56,488 nucleotides of DNA from a virus (taxonomy: Duplodnaviria > Caudoviricetes), in the IMG/VR virus record IMGVR_UViG_3300012665_001166, positions 1 to 56,488 of that record; one strand, 5' to 3'. Under the pieces are notes generated by a model that saw nothing but the letters and a program-made list of their open reading frames with translations, was not told the origin of the DNA and ran no database searches. Below, in pieces: positions 29,501 to 38,614 of the stretch. Position 1 is the stretch's first letter, and each line of letters opens with the position of its first letter. The position numbers and the translations under genes were made by a program.

Positions 29501-30246
29501 ATGCCTTTAGTTTATTACAAGGTGTAGACGCAAGCTCAATACTTGCATTCTCAGTTGCATTACCTTTATTAGCATTTGCTACTGCAGGATTAGGATTCGT
29601 AGCCCCGTTTATAGTAGCAGGAGCTGCCGCATTAACAGTATTAGGATTAGCTTTAATACCTGCCGCCGCAGCATTTGGTATAATGGCTGGAGCAGATATT
29701 CAAGGAGTAGTTGATAAACTTTCTATATTAGCTGAAATGGGACCTGGTTTAATTATGGCCGGTATCGGATTAACAGCAGCAGCAGGAGGATTAGCTTTCT
29801 TTGCAGCAGCTCTAGCAGGAGGAAGTCTAATGTCAGGACTTACATCACTGTTTACAGGTGGAGGAATTATAGAAGATCTTCAGAACTTAACAGCAATGGC
29901 AGAACCGTTACAATCAGTAGCAGGTTCATTAACAGCAATAGCCGCAGCTTTAGGAGGAATTGGAGCAGCTTTAGCTACACTAGAAACTGAGAAGTTAGAA
30001 GAAATGCAAGGCTTAATAATGACAGCAGCATTTGCCGCACCTGCAATAGCAGCAGCTGGAGCAATAGGAGATATGATTTCAGGTATCGCCGGTGGCGGAG
30101 AAGGAGGCTCAGCTAAGTCAGAAAGTAATGATAAATTAATTGCAAAAATAGATGAATTGATAGTTGCAGTTAAACAAGGTAAAAACATTAACATGGACGG
30201 TAGAAAGGTAGGTGGTGTATTACAACAGACTGCTACCAATACATAA
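26512..30246 (+). CDS. Tape measure protein
   Basis: 1244 aa, helical and Ala/Gly-rich, canonical position, hydrophobic repeats, C-terminal INMDGRKVG. Confidence 0.85.
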   Translation: MADNKELQEAKKLLQEINTLRGRLNQTPLKMTDSDAVQNIQSLRNELKGVQKSFEDVDTSATSLYDQVRAISSEFKNQPGALQKIRGSMKKITSIAEDLKLQEQGIKDLSTKQLDDLSQRLKENKKLLDDETQRLLNGEGLSDLAQREIKDLQQYLKDQGGINNLTKQQVDEALQMVGVLNDLTDEQKAALANYVDQGNAIGDIEGKLEEVKEQQKEVNKLMGVGGAAIDGMDSLMGKLGMNSNRFKDAVAEAKEKMKSAAEEIQSGARSGGKLSVLMAGLGPLAKGFGAALLDPLSLILKIVDGFFKVDKASTDVQRLTGQNSDAIAGANMRYATSVDYLETISELTRQTGMNAQNIFSPKVIAGAAELKNTMGLAADEAGGLAIIAQTTGGDIDKTVDSIVDQTSAFNKANRSAVNQKQVLKDVAKASDGIKASLGGNPAAIAKAATAARRLGMELGQLDKIAGSLLDFEDSISKEMEAELLIGKDLNLNKARELALNNDLAGLGNELFKNAADINEFGNMNRIQQESYAAALGMTRDELGKIAYQKAIEAGMTEEQAEAAAGVRAEDMKRAEIQEQIQKSLDKLAQAFAPLLSIIGDIVSIFAPAVQIIGGIVGYAVKFLDTLGLIKPLVIGIVTVMAAGKIASFFGAATSGALKFAESMKGMKFSFSGMMDSVKSWGAGVKDAFKGGMSGAGKVADKAKDTLTSKAVDNTADLADKTKGAKGDEKQGPGGFLKSLGDGLASIGKQFGDVVKGALAIGIAGLALGGSFALALKMVQDVDPVTMLAFAGSIGIFGASLALVGKLGDDAIKGAIAMGIAGVALIPAAYAFSLMAGVDPMSVVALSGSLIALGLAAALMGNLGGQIIMGALALGILAVALIPAAYAFSLLGSVDPMSIVAMTGSLIALGAAAALMGMTGPMVIAGALAIGILALSLIPAAYAFSLLGSVDPMAIMAMTGSLIALGAAAAIIGMTGPMVLAGAFAIGILALAMIPAAYAFSLLQGVDASSILAFSVALPLLAFATAGLGFVAPFIVAGAAALTVLGLALIPAAAAFGIMAGADIQGVVDKLSILAEMGPGLIMAGIGLTAAAGGLAFFAAALAGGSLMSGLTSLFTGGGIIEDLQNLTAMAEPLQSVAGSLTAIAAALGGIGAALATLETEKLEEMQGLIMTAAFAAPAIAAAGAIGDMISGIAGGGEGGSAKSESNDKLIAKIDELIVAVKQGKNINMDGRKVGGVLQQTATNT
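28900..29750 (+). repeat. Five 168-nt (56-aa) hydrophobic repeats in the tape measure
   Basis: IPAA(Y/A)AF cores start at 28984, 29152, 29320, 29488 and 29656. Confidence 0.9.
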
Positions 30247-30254
30247 TAATAAAC

Positions 30255-30262
30255 TATTTATA
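30255..30262 (+). promoter_or_regulatory. TATTTATA motif
   Basis: Intergenic, 23 nt before the ATG at 30286. Confidence 0.55.
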
Positions 30263-30285
30263 AACGAACTAATAAATTAAAAACA

Positions 30286-30492
30286 ATGAAAGGAATTTTA
30301 GACAATCAAACTCCAAATTCTAGATTAGGATTGAAGGGTAAGACTCCAAAAGTACCAGTAGGTGCAACAGGTAAGTCTACTCAACATAAGACCTCTTCTA
30401 TTAACAACTTACCAGAGTTTACTAAAGCAACATCAGGTTTAGACCTAAACGGTGCTACACCTTCTAAGTATTTAGATAATCCTCCAGTTTAA
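30286..30492 (+). CDS. Small hypothetical protein in the tail module
   Basis: 68 aa with an A-rich start context and an upstream motif. Confidence 0.65.
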   Translation: MKGILDNQTPNSRLGLKGKTPKVPVGATGKSTQHKTSSINNLPEFTKATSGLDLNGATPSKYLDNPPV

Positions 30493-30494
30493 GT

Positions 30495-32288
30495 ATGCCT
30501 TTACTACCTCTTCAGACCAATCTTAAGAGCTTAAAGTACGGAGATGCAGGACCATATGTCTCAAAAGACATAAACAATCCACCTCGGTATAATGTAATAG
30601 GTAATGAAGTAACTGCACGAGTAGATGATTTAAAACGAATCAGTAAACTACTTGTAGACACTCCTGGATTAAAGTGGACTTTACATCAAGCAACGTTAAA
30701 TCTTGCTTATAATGAAAAGAAAGGCTTCGGGAGAAAGTTACTAAATAGCCTTGGCAATACCGCAAAAGTCATCGGAAGTACTTTAGCACAAGTACCTGTA
30801 AATGGAACAGGTACCCACTTTGTTATTGGCTTTGGAGGAAACGAGTATTTAAAGCAAGGTGGACAGAGAAGTAGCTGGTTAGATAGGTTCTTAAAAACTA
30901 CTGCAGGAACCGGAGGAGTAAACGGAGCAAAATCTGTACTAAACGGTAAAAATGTAATTCTTGACCATAGAGGAGAAGAGGGTTATAGACCGATGATAGA
31001 TACTCAATTTACAGATGAGATTGAGAATAAAGATGCTCGTCCTATAGATGTCGCACAAAGCTATATTAAACAAGACGGAAGCTTACTTGCAAGAGAGAAC
31101 GGAAAAGTAATACCGGATAATATCGGTTTAGATGGGTATAGAACCCCAAATGAAGGTTTAGATAGGATTGATCAAGAGTTAAAAGTAGACATTGATAGTA
31201 CCTATGTAAGACAGGATGGTAGAAGTCTTTTAAAAGGATCAGAAGGTTTAAGTACAGATATAATCGTACCTACTAGACTAGAAAATGATTCTCCAGGTGA
31301 TGTAATTGAAAAGTTTCAAACACCTTTAGCGGACTTAAAAACAGAAGAAGCAGCAAAATACGACATTACAGCAGCTCGAACTAGAGATACTAAAGATCCA
31401 TTCCAGAAGTCTACTAACAAGTTAAACGCAGAGGAAGCTGAAGCAGGTAATAAGACACCTAAAGTCGGTGCTGCTGTAAAAGAGAATAAATTACAACCGT
31501 ATATACAGGCAGGTGGAGAACCTTTACAAGGAGATAAAGCACCCGGTAAAGCTGATTCTGGATTAAATTTTCCTGATGAAAGTAAGTATGATAAAAATAT
31601 TGGAGGAAAAGAATCAGTAGCAAATCCTGCAGTATTAAGAGATTTTAGACAGAAAGGAACAGGAGGAGCAGGTGAATATACTACAAAAAGTGTTGCTGCT
31701 AAAGATAGTGTACGAAAAGAGAAAGAAATAGCTGGTACAAATATAGAAAGGAATGAGGAAATGATTCCTTTTACCTTTACTATAGCAACCCCAGATAGTA
31801 AAGAAACATTACATTTTTGGGCATATTTAGATAGCTTATCTGATAACTATAGTGCTACATGGAATGGGCAGAGATACGTAGGACGTGGAGAATCATTTTA
31901 TAACTACGGAGGCTTTGAAAGAAAAGCTTCACTTGGCTTTAAAGTAGCAGGGCAAAATTATGATGAATTAGCATTGTACTATGAGAGGCTTAATAAATTA
32001 GCTTCCGCAACAGCTCCGACTTACGGTTCAGGTAAGATTTTCATGAGAGGTACTTATGTTATATTAGACATTGGTACATATTTTTCTAACCAACCAGTAC
32101 TCTTTAATAGTGTCGGACTGACTTGGGATGTTGCCACTCCATGGGAAATAGATTACGAGTTGAAAGGATATTCAGAAGTACCTCATGTATTAAACGTTTC
32201 TCTTGATATGACAGTAATCCATACATTTACTCCTACAGTATCAAAAACAGGTCAAGAATATTTTGGATTTAAGCGAAAAAATTCGTAA
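30495..32288 (+). CDS. Baseplate / tail tube initiator-like protein
   Basis: C-terminal FWAYLDSLSDNYSATW...YVGRGESFYNYGGFERKASLGFKV resembles tube-fold initiators; lies after the tape measure. Confidence 0.6.
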   Translation: MPLLPLQTNLKSLKYGDAGPYVSKDINNPPRYNVIGNEVTARVDDLKRISKLLVDTPGLKWTLHQATLNLAYNEKKGFGRKLLNSLGNTAKVIGSTLAQVPVNGTGTHFVIGFGGNEYLKQGGQRSSWLDRFLKTTAGTGGVNGAKSVLNGKNVILDHRGEEGYRPMIDTQFTDEIENKDARPIDVAQSYIKQDGSLLARENGKVIPDNIGLDGYRTPNEGLDRIDQELKVDIDSTYVRQDGRSLLKGSEGLSTDIIVPTRLENDSPGDVIEKFQTPLADLKTEEAAKYDITAARTRDTKDPFQKSTNKLNAEEAEAGNKTPKVGAAVKENKLQPYIQAGGEPLQGDKAPGKADSGLNFPDESKYDKNIGGKESVANPAVLRDFRQKGTGGAGEYTTKSVAAKDSVRKEKEIAGTNIERNEEMIPFTFTIATPDSKETLHFWAYLDSLSDNYSATWNGQRYVGRGESFYNYGGFERKASLGFKVAGQNYDELALYYERLNKLASATAPTYGSGKIFMRGTYVILDIGTYFSNQPVLFNSVGLTWDVATPWEIDYELKGYSEVPHVLNVSLDMTVIHTFTPTVSKTGQEYFGFKRKNS

Positions 32289-32297
32289 ATTAAAATA

Positions 32298-32600
32298 ATG
32301 GATAGATATACACTTATAAAGGAATATAAAACAGCAGAAGGAATGCGATACAGACGCAATCCTATCTATCCTGATATTCCAGAACATGAAGATGATTTCT
32401 ATGTTATAACTACAGGAGGAGATCGATATGATACTCTAGCCCTACAGTATTATAAAGACGCTTCCTTATGGTGGATTATTGCAAGTGCAAACACACATAG
32501 TAGATTTAATTTAATACCAACACCAGGAGTACAGCTAAGAATACCTCACGACAAAGATACTGTACTCTTATCCTATGAAAAGGTAAATAGAGAACGATAA
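32298..32600 (+). CDS. LysM-type baseplate wedge protein (gp53/gpX-like)
   Basis: TGGDRYDTLALQYYKDASLWWIIASAN...GVQLRIP. Confidence 0.85.
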   Translation: MDRYTLIKEYKTAEGMRYRRNPIYPDIPEHEDDFYVITTGGDRYDTLALQYYKDASLWWIIASANTHSRFNLIPTPGVQLRIPHDKDTVLLSYEKVNRER

Positions 32601-35554
32601 TGGCAAGATTTTTAGGAGGTAGTTTACAGCCCGGAGTATCTGCACAATTAACCGCAAGAACTAGTTATTTAAAAGCTGATAAATATGCGGCTGGACTTTC
32701 TGCGTTACATGGTAGCAGTGCTTTTATAAACCTATACTCAAGCGTAACAGGTACCGATCATGCTGCTGAATTCACTAAAATAGAAGGAGGACTAGCTTTC
32801 GGTGCTGATATGATAGAAGGGAACCCAGTTGGGTATAAGCTAACTGCAGCAGGATCTGATGAAAGACTTTTTACACCACGACCTGGTATTATAGATGCAA
32901 AAGTAAAATCAAAAGGAACTTTTGGAGCTTTGAAGGATGTAGAGATTACAATTAAAGCTTATAACGTGGGAGATTTCGATGCAATATACGATTTGTATTG
33001 CCGTCCGGGTTTTAGTTTTCTTTTAGAATGGGGACACTCCGTATATGTAGATGGATCTGGTGGATCAAAAACGATGCAAACTAGAGCAGCCGCTGGTAAA
33101 TTTACAGGTGGATCTAAGTATGAGGACATTATGGCAGCTATTAGAACAGCTAGACATAGTGCGGACTACAACTACGATGCGATAGTTGCAATTTGTAAAA
33201 ATTTTAGTTGGACTTTCAGTGCAGACGGTACATATGATATAACTTTAAGTTTAATATCAAAAGGTGAAGTAATTGAATCTATTAAAACATCTTTTGACCC
33301 AGGAATGGTTGAGAAAAGTGCTGCAAACCTAGCAGCAGGTTTTAATGATAAATCTGAGAGAAAAAGTTTACTCCACTTTTTTTGTAAGCGTATAGAATTA
33401 TCCGCCGCAGATGGAGAGTTGAAAGGAGCTGCAGTTCTTGGTGCTCTAAATGGAGCAGGGAAAGCATCAGGGTTGGCATCTTTATTAAAAGCTGAAGATT
33501 TGTATGTAGCTACCGCCCCTGGTTTTGATATAAAGTCACCTACAAGTTTCTTTGATGATAAGACTACATTTATTTATATTTCACTAAGAACAATTTTAGC
33601 TCTACTAAATACGTCTATGATGTGGGTAGGTAACGATCAAAGAGCTGTTAAATTTAAAACACAACCCGGTAAGTCCGGATATGATGGATACTTTACACAT
33701 CCATGGCATCATAGCATTAATCCATTTGTATGTGTAACACCTAACTTAAACTCAAATAACTCTTTATGGGAATCAAAACCTGCAGGTAAAACTCTTCACC
33801 CAGGAATATCAGCACTGACACCTCAAGATGATATACTAAATATATGTGTTTCTAATTTATACCTTTATGAAAAATTAGATTCAATTTACGATGACGATCA
33901 GGCAATAGAAAAACAACCAGGTGTTTTAGATGTATTAAAAACAATACTAGGAGGGGTAGGAGAAGCGTTAGGTGGAGTTAATGAATTTGACGTAAACTAC
34001 GACGAAGACACAGATGAGTGGTGTATTGTAGATAGAAAATGTAAGATTAGAGGAGATGCAGTTAATGCTGTAAAAGAAATAGATTTAATAGGATTAGGTT
34101 CTTTTGCTTATGATATTAAAACTGAATCTAAGATTACTAATAAATTAGCCAGTCAGGTTTCTATTGCTGCTCAAGCATCAGGTACCGGAACTAAGCAAAA
34201 CGTATCAGAAATGTTACAGTGGAATAGAGGACATACTGATAAAATTTTTCCAAGAAAGAACGAAGGTACAACACAAGCACCACCCAAAGGAGAAACAGCA
34301 GCAGAAAAAGATGCAAAAGCAGAATGGAATGATAGATGTAAGGAAGCATTTGAAAAGTTTAACGGAACAGGATGGTTTACAGACCAGCAATATGACCCGG
34401 ATTTATTTAAAGGTATTCAATCAGGTCATCAGAAGTATCAGTCAATCTTAGTTTCCATGATATGTGGGAAAGAAGGAATGCCTGCACCGGGTACAATACC
34501 TGTAGAATTATCTTTTACTTTACATGGAATAGGAGGATTTAGAATAGGAGAAGTATTTAAACTTTCTGCTAATTCAATGAAAATACTACCTAGGTCTTAT
34601 TCTAATGAGTCAATAGGATTTATTATTACAAGAAATGACCATAGTATAACCGATAATGGTTGGAAGACTGAAATAGGAGCTTTAATGTACAATATTGCAC
34701 CAGCTCCTAAAGTTGATACAGCCGCTCTTGCTAATTTTGCAGCTTCAGGAGGTACAGCTCAACCACAAACTAAACCAGTACCAAAAGACGAAGGAACACC
34801 AGTAGATCCAAATGCTACAGATAAGTTACAAAATCAAACTGCATTAGGAACAAACGTTTCTTATGATAAAGTAAAAGCAGCTGTACAAAATAAAAAGTAT
34901 ACATGGTACAGTGGAGAATTACAGCTGAACATTGTAGGTGTTAGAAACTCAGCCGGACAAATAAGCGACGGAGCTGGTGGTGTAAAACACCCATTAACTA
35001 ATAGGTTTACAGATGTTGTAATTGTAGCGTGGATAGAAGGTGGAAAGAAATTTGCAGAAAGCTACCCAGCAACCACTGTGCCCGGAGCTAGTTGGTCTTT
35101 ATCTACAAATAGAAAATTTGCTTCATCAACAGGTAAAAATCCTAATGGAGTTGGTATTATGAAAGAGAAGCAATTCATAAACCAGTATACACCAGGTATG
35201 CACCACGGAGGAAGTGCCTCACCTCACCTTGCTTTGAGGTCAATGTCAGGACAATCTGCACATAGAGATAAGAATTATAGCGATAATTGGCTTACTTTAG
35301 CAGTAACCCCGGTAGGTAAGTTAGGTGCAAATCAAGCTGGTTTATTTGGTGACGGTGGAGGTATGCAACTACACAATTCAGGAGCCTCTACAGCAGCAAA
35401 TAAAACAGTTGATAACTGGTCAGCAGGCTGTCAGGTATTTGCAAACCAAAAACAACATAATAGATTAATGGAATTAGTAGGTAAGAGCCAGAAAGAAACA
35501 AAAACTAAGGTGTTCTCTTACGTACTTCTTAATAGTAAAGAAATATCATTATAA
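32600..35554 (+). CDS. Baseplate hub-like protein with C-terminal L,D-transpeptidase-like (His/Cys) domain
   Basis: Follows LysM; RPGFSFLLEWGHS and IPVELSFTLHGIGG...W.TEI motifs; C-terminal ATTVPG...QLHNSG...NWSAGCQV. Confidence 0.6.
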   Translation: MARFLGGSLQPGVSAQLTARTSYLKADKYAAGLSALHGSSAFINLYSSVTGTDHAAEFTKIEGGLAFGADMIEGNPVGYKLTAAGSDERLFTPRPGIIDAKVKSKGTFGALKDVEITIKAYNVGDFDAIYDLYCRPGFSFLLEWGHSVYVDGSGGSKTMQTRAAAGKFTGGSKYEDIMAAIRTARHSADYNYDAIVAICKNFSWTFSADGTYDITLSLISKGEVIESIKTSFDPGMVEKSAANLAAGFNDKSERKSLLHFFCKRIELSAADGELKGAAVLGALNGAGKASGLASLLKAEDLYVATAPGFDIKSPTSFFDDKTTFIYISLRTILALLNTSMMWVGNDQRAVKFKTQPGKSGYDGYFTHPWHHSINPFVCVTPNLNSNNSLWESKPAGKTLHPGISALTPQDDILNICVSNLYLYEKLDSIYDDDQAIEKQPGVLDVLKTILGGVGEALGGVNEFDVNYDEDTDEWCIVDRKCKIRGDAVNAVKEIDLIGLGSFAYDIKTESKITNKLASQVSIAAQASGTGTKQNVSEMLQWNRGHTDKIFPRKNEGTTQAPPKGETAAEKDAKAEWNDRCKEAFEKFNGTGWFTDQQYDPDLFKGIQSGHQKYQSILVSMICGKEGMPAPGTIPVELSFTLHGIGGFRIGEVFKLSANSMKILPRSYSNESIGFIITRNDHSITDNGWKTEIGALMYNIAPAPKVDTAALANFAASGGTAQPQTKPVPKDEGTPVDPNATDKLQNQTALGTNVSYDKVKAAVQNKKYTWYSGELQLNIVGVRNSAGQISDGAGGVKHPLTNRFTDVVIVAWIEGGKKFAESYPATTVPGASWSLSTNRKFASSTGKNPNGVGIMKEKQFINQYTPGMHHGGSASPHLALRSMSGQSAHRDKNYSDNWLTLAVTPVGKLGANQAGLFGDGGGMQLHNSGASTAANKTVDNWSAGCQVFANQKQHNRLMELVGKSQKETKTKVFSYVLLNSKEISL

Positions 35555-35555
35555 A

Positions 35556-36710
35556 ATGGCAGATATTAAAAGCGATATACTAAGTTACGTTCCCGGCTCT
35601 CAATATGTTATTGAAGCGCTTGGACAAGCTACCGGAGAGGCATCTAATGAGTATGCGAAATATACAGACATATTAAATAAACCAGTAGACGATTTAGTAG
35701 GTGTTGCGACATCTTGGGGAAGTAAGTACAAAGTAGCTTTAGAAGATTTACTAAAAGGTAACTTTGCCAAAGCTACATTACTTTTTGAAAATGTAGGATC
35801 AAATCCTGCTTATAATATGGTAGCTCCGGGCCTTAAAAATAAATCAACAGAAGCTTTTTACTACCCTAAACCAACAGAAGAAGACTATATACAGGGTACT
35901 TTTAGAAGATACTTTTTACAAGATGTAAGAAACGGAGAAATAAAAGAAATAACATCTGAAACATACAGAAGTATCGCTGATAAAGGATACTATAGAAGAA
36001 CTAAGTTAGAGTGGAACCTCTTGGGACCCTCCGAAGATGAAACAGTTAGTGGATACATTTATCCTGGAGCAGTAGCAAGGAATAGAGACGTTGTAGCACA
36101 AGCAGAAGAGGTTATACCTGGTATGACAGAATTCCTTTCTGATCTAAAGCAATTTGTAGTTGAAGAGGCTTCTAAGTTTAAACAATTAAAGAAAGAAAAG
36201 AACGAGGTAACTACATTAGAAACTCAAGGACTTACTGTAACTGGTGTAACTAATAAGAAAGTAGTAGAAGAAGAAGAATTACCACCTCTTCCTGAACTAC
36301 CTCAATCAGAAGCAAATGCAGGAGAAACCGCCGCAACTGAAGGAACTCAAAGCGCAGACTCGACATCAGCATATGCTAAATCATTAACATGGTATCAAGC
36401 ACAGGTCGGCAATCCTAGTGCAGAAAGATCATGCGGTTCTTTTGTTCCGGTGAGTATGAAGGTATACAATCAAGAAGGTCCTTTATTAGACGATGAAGGA
36501 AATCCTAAAAAAGATATTACGTACTATAGAACTAAAAATGCTGATAACGGAAATATCTACCACCCAGTTAGAAGAATTCCTAGTCTTAACCCGAAGGTAC
36601 AATCGCCAGAATCTTACAACCTATACTACACTATCCGTGTAGAGGGATACGGAGATTATACTGCAAAGATTGATAGAAACGGAAAACTTTACGACATTAA
36701 GCAATGTTAA
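35556..36710 (+). CDS. Hypothetical protein, probably structural
   Basis: 384 aa; YYPKPTEEDYIQGTFRRYF segment; last gene of the tail module. Confidence 0.65.
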   Translation: MADIKSDILSYVPGSQYVIEALGQATGEASNEYAKYTDILNKPVDDLVGVATSWGSKYKVALEDLLKGNFAKATLLFENVGSNPAYNMVAPGLKNKSTEAFYYPKPTEEDYIQGTFRRYFLQDVRNGEIKEITSETYRSIADKGYYRRTKLEWNLLGPSEDETVSGYIYPGAVARNRDVVAQAEEVIPGMTEFLSDLKQFVVEEASKFKQLKKEKNEVTTLETQGLTVTGVTNKKVVEEEELPPLPELPQSEANAGETAATEGTQSADSTSAYAKSLTWYQAQVGNPSAERSCGSFVPVSMKVYNQEGPLLDDEGNPKKDITYYRTKNADNGNIYHPVRRIPSLNPKVQSPESYNLYYTIRVEGYGDYTAKIDRNGKLYDIKQC

Positions 36711-36711
36711 G

Positions 36712-36742
36712 TTTGATCTTAACAGATTAGTTCGTATCTTAA
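36712..36742 (+). promoter_or_regulatory. Bipartite promoter TTTG-N19-TATCTTAA
   Basis: Intergenic, heads the replication module. Confidence 0.6.
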
Positions 36743-36759
36743 GTAAAAGGTTATAAGAA

Positions 36760-38082
36760 ATGTTTTATATAGTAGAGAATAAACAGCAGCTAGATAGGCT
36801 CCGTAGTTACCCGGATGTAGATGTATATGTAGATGTAATTTCATCTAACGATTACTTTCATCCTAAATTCACAACAACTGTAGCAGTTTACATAAGACCC
36901 CTAGATGAATCTGGAGGGTATATTATTCCTGTTAATCATGATGAAGGTTTAAATGTAAGTAAGGAAGAGGTGTTTGATCTCTTAAAAGCTTATAAAAGAA
37001 TCTACGTACTAGATAAGAAAAACTTACTATACCATTTCCCACTTATAGATGCAGTAGATATAAACTTATGGAGAGCTTTCTGGTATTATGACAAAATAGA
37101 AATTCCAAGTAAAATATCAACAATTAACTGGTTTTATAATAAGTTTAAAGATTTTGATAACATTAATCAGATAATACCGCTATCTAAACTACACGAACAA
37201 AGTGAAAAAGTATTTGATGTAATTGAGAAGTATATAGAGGAACCTAAAGATAATGCTTTTAAATTCTATAACGACATCGCAGTTAAAGTCTTTTATTTGT
37301 TAGAACAACACGGACTTAGAGTAATATATCAGCCTTTTGTTGATCTTTTTAAACCAAATACACCGAAGTATAACATAAAAGATAATATTACATATACCTA
37401 TTATAACTTATATAACAGTACATCAAGACCTACTAATGCTTTTAATAGTATAAACTTTGCGGCTATACCAAAAGGGGATGATTTTAGAAAAGCTATTATA
37501 CCACAACATGATTGCTTTGTTGAATTCGACTTCGATGGATACCATTTAAGATTACTATCAGAGCAAATTGACTTTAAGATAGAAGGAGAGTCTGCTCATA
37601 AGGCTTTAGGTAAGTACTACTTCGGTAAAGAAGATCTAACAGAAGAAGAATACTCTCAAGCTAAACAAATTAACTTCCAGGCCATTTACGGGAGAATACC
37701 TGACGGGTATAAGAATCTAGAGATCTTTGTAAAGCTAACAAAGTATATAGACCGTTTATGGGATGAGTTCTCTAAAGGAGAAGTAAGAACACCTTTAAGC
37801 AATAAACCCTTTAATAAACACTTGAAGGAAATGCATCCGCAGAAACTTATGAATTATATCATGCAATCGTTGGAAACTGCAAGAAATGTTCTTATATTGA
37901 AAGAAGTGTTAAAGTATCTTAGAGATAAGAAGACGAAAATAGCTTTATACACCTACGATGCGATACTTTTTGATTATGCTAAAGAAGATGGAGAGCATAT
38001 ACTTACAGAATTAGCCTCAATACTAAGCGAAAATAAAAAATACCCAGTTAAAATAAAAACATCAGAAAACCTGGTTTTGTAA
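36760..38082 (+). CDS. Compact family A DNA polymerase
   Basis: TSRP, motif A FVEFDFDGYHLRLL, motif B AKQINFQAIYG, NYIMQS and motif C YTYDAILFD. Confidence 0.8.
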   Translation: MFYIVENKQQLDRLRSYPDVDVYVDVISSNDYFHPKFTTTVAVYIRPLDESGGYIIPVNHDEGLNVSKEEVFDLLKAYKRIYVLDKKNLLYHFPLIDAVDINLWRAFWYYDKIEIPSKISTINWFYNKFKDFDNINQIIPLSKLHEQSEKVFDVIEKYIEEPKDNAFKFYNDIAVKVFYLLEQHGLRVIYQPFVDLFKPNTPKYNIKDNITYTYYNLYNSTSRPTNAFNSINFAAIPKGDDFRKAIIPQHDCFVEFDFDGYHLRLLSEQIDFKIEGESAHKALGKYYFGKEDLTEEEYSQAKQINFQAIYGRIPDGYKNLEIFVKLTKYIDRLWDEFSKGEVRTPLSNKPFNKHLKEMHPQKLMNYIMQSLETARNVLILKEVLKYLRDKKTKIALYTYDAILFDYAKEDGEHILTELASILSENKKYPVKIKTSENLVL

Positions 38083-38092
38083 AACCTTTTAA

Positions 38093-38100
38093 TATTTATA
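38093..38100 (+). promoter_or_regulatory. TATTTATA motif
   Basis: Intergenic, before 38109; the true start may be a later ATG. Confidence 0.45.
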
Positions 38101-38108
38101 ATTACACA

Positions 38109-38567
38109 ATGGAAAATGTTATGTCTCAAAGTCGATTCGATTACGATATCGATCAAATATATTTAACTGAGGATATGAGTAATAAGCTGTTTTGCACCTT
38201 CTCTACAGGAGAGGAATTAGATGCGACAATAGAAAATATAGTACAAAAATATAGAATTATCTATAATAAAATATTCGTTTTGTATTCCAAAAGCCAAGAC
38301 GAGTACATCTGCACTTACAATGTAGATTTTGGTAATGTTTCTAACTTTATTGATAACACTATTTTAGTGCATCGAAAGAAAGAAGCAAACACCTTGTATA
38401 CGATTAACGCCTTAAATACCCTAATCAAAGAACTTAACAACGGAGTATTAGACACTTCTTTTAAAATCAACTGGACTGACTACAAAAACTGTATTCTCTT
38501 AACGAAAGGTCCGGAATTAAAAAGAGTAAATACGAAATTATTTAAGATCGTAGAGTTGGATAATTAA
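38109..38567 (+). CDS. Hypothetical protein in the replication module
   Basis: 152 aa; KLFCTF, CTYNVD and HRKKEANTLYTINALN segments; function unknown. Confidence 0.75.
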   Translation: MENVMSQSRFDYDIDQIYLTEDMSNKLFCTFSTGEELDATIENIVQKYRIIYNKIFVLYSKSQDEYICTYNVDFGNVSNFIDNTILVHRKKEANTLYTINALNTLIKELNNGVLDTSFKINWTDYKNCILLTKGPELKRVNTKLFKIVELDN

Positions 38568-38586
38568 GAGAAAGTTCGTATATTTA
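38555..38586 (+). promoter_or_regulatory. Bipartite promoter GTTG-N20-TATATTTA
   Basis: 28 nt before the SSB ATG; best match to the recurring motif. Confidence 0.65.
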
Positions 38587-38614
38587 ATAAGTTATAAACA
38601 ATTAAAGTTATATT

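Noticed and set aside
34164-34451. 95-aa nested + strand ORF
   Set aside because: Alternative frame inside the baseplate hub gene; no motif or start context.
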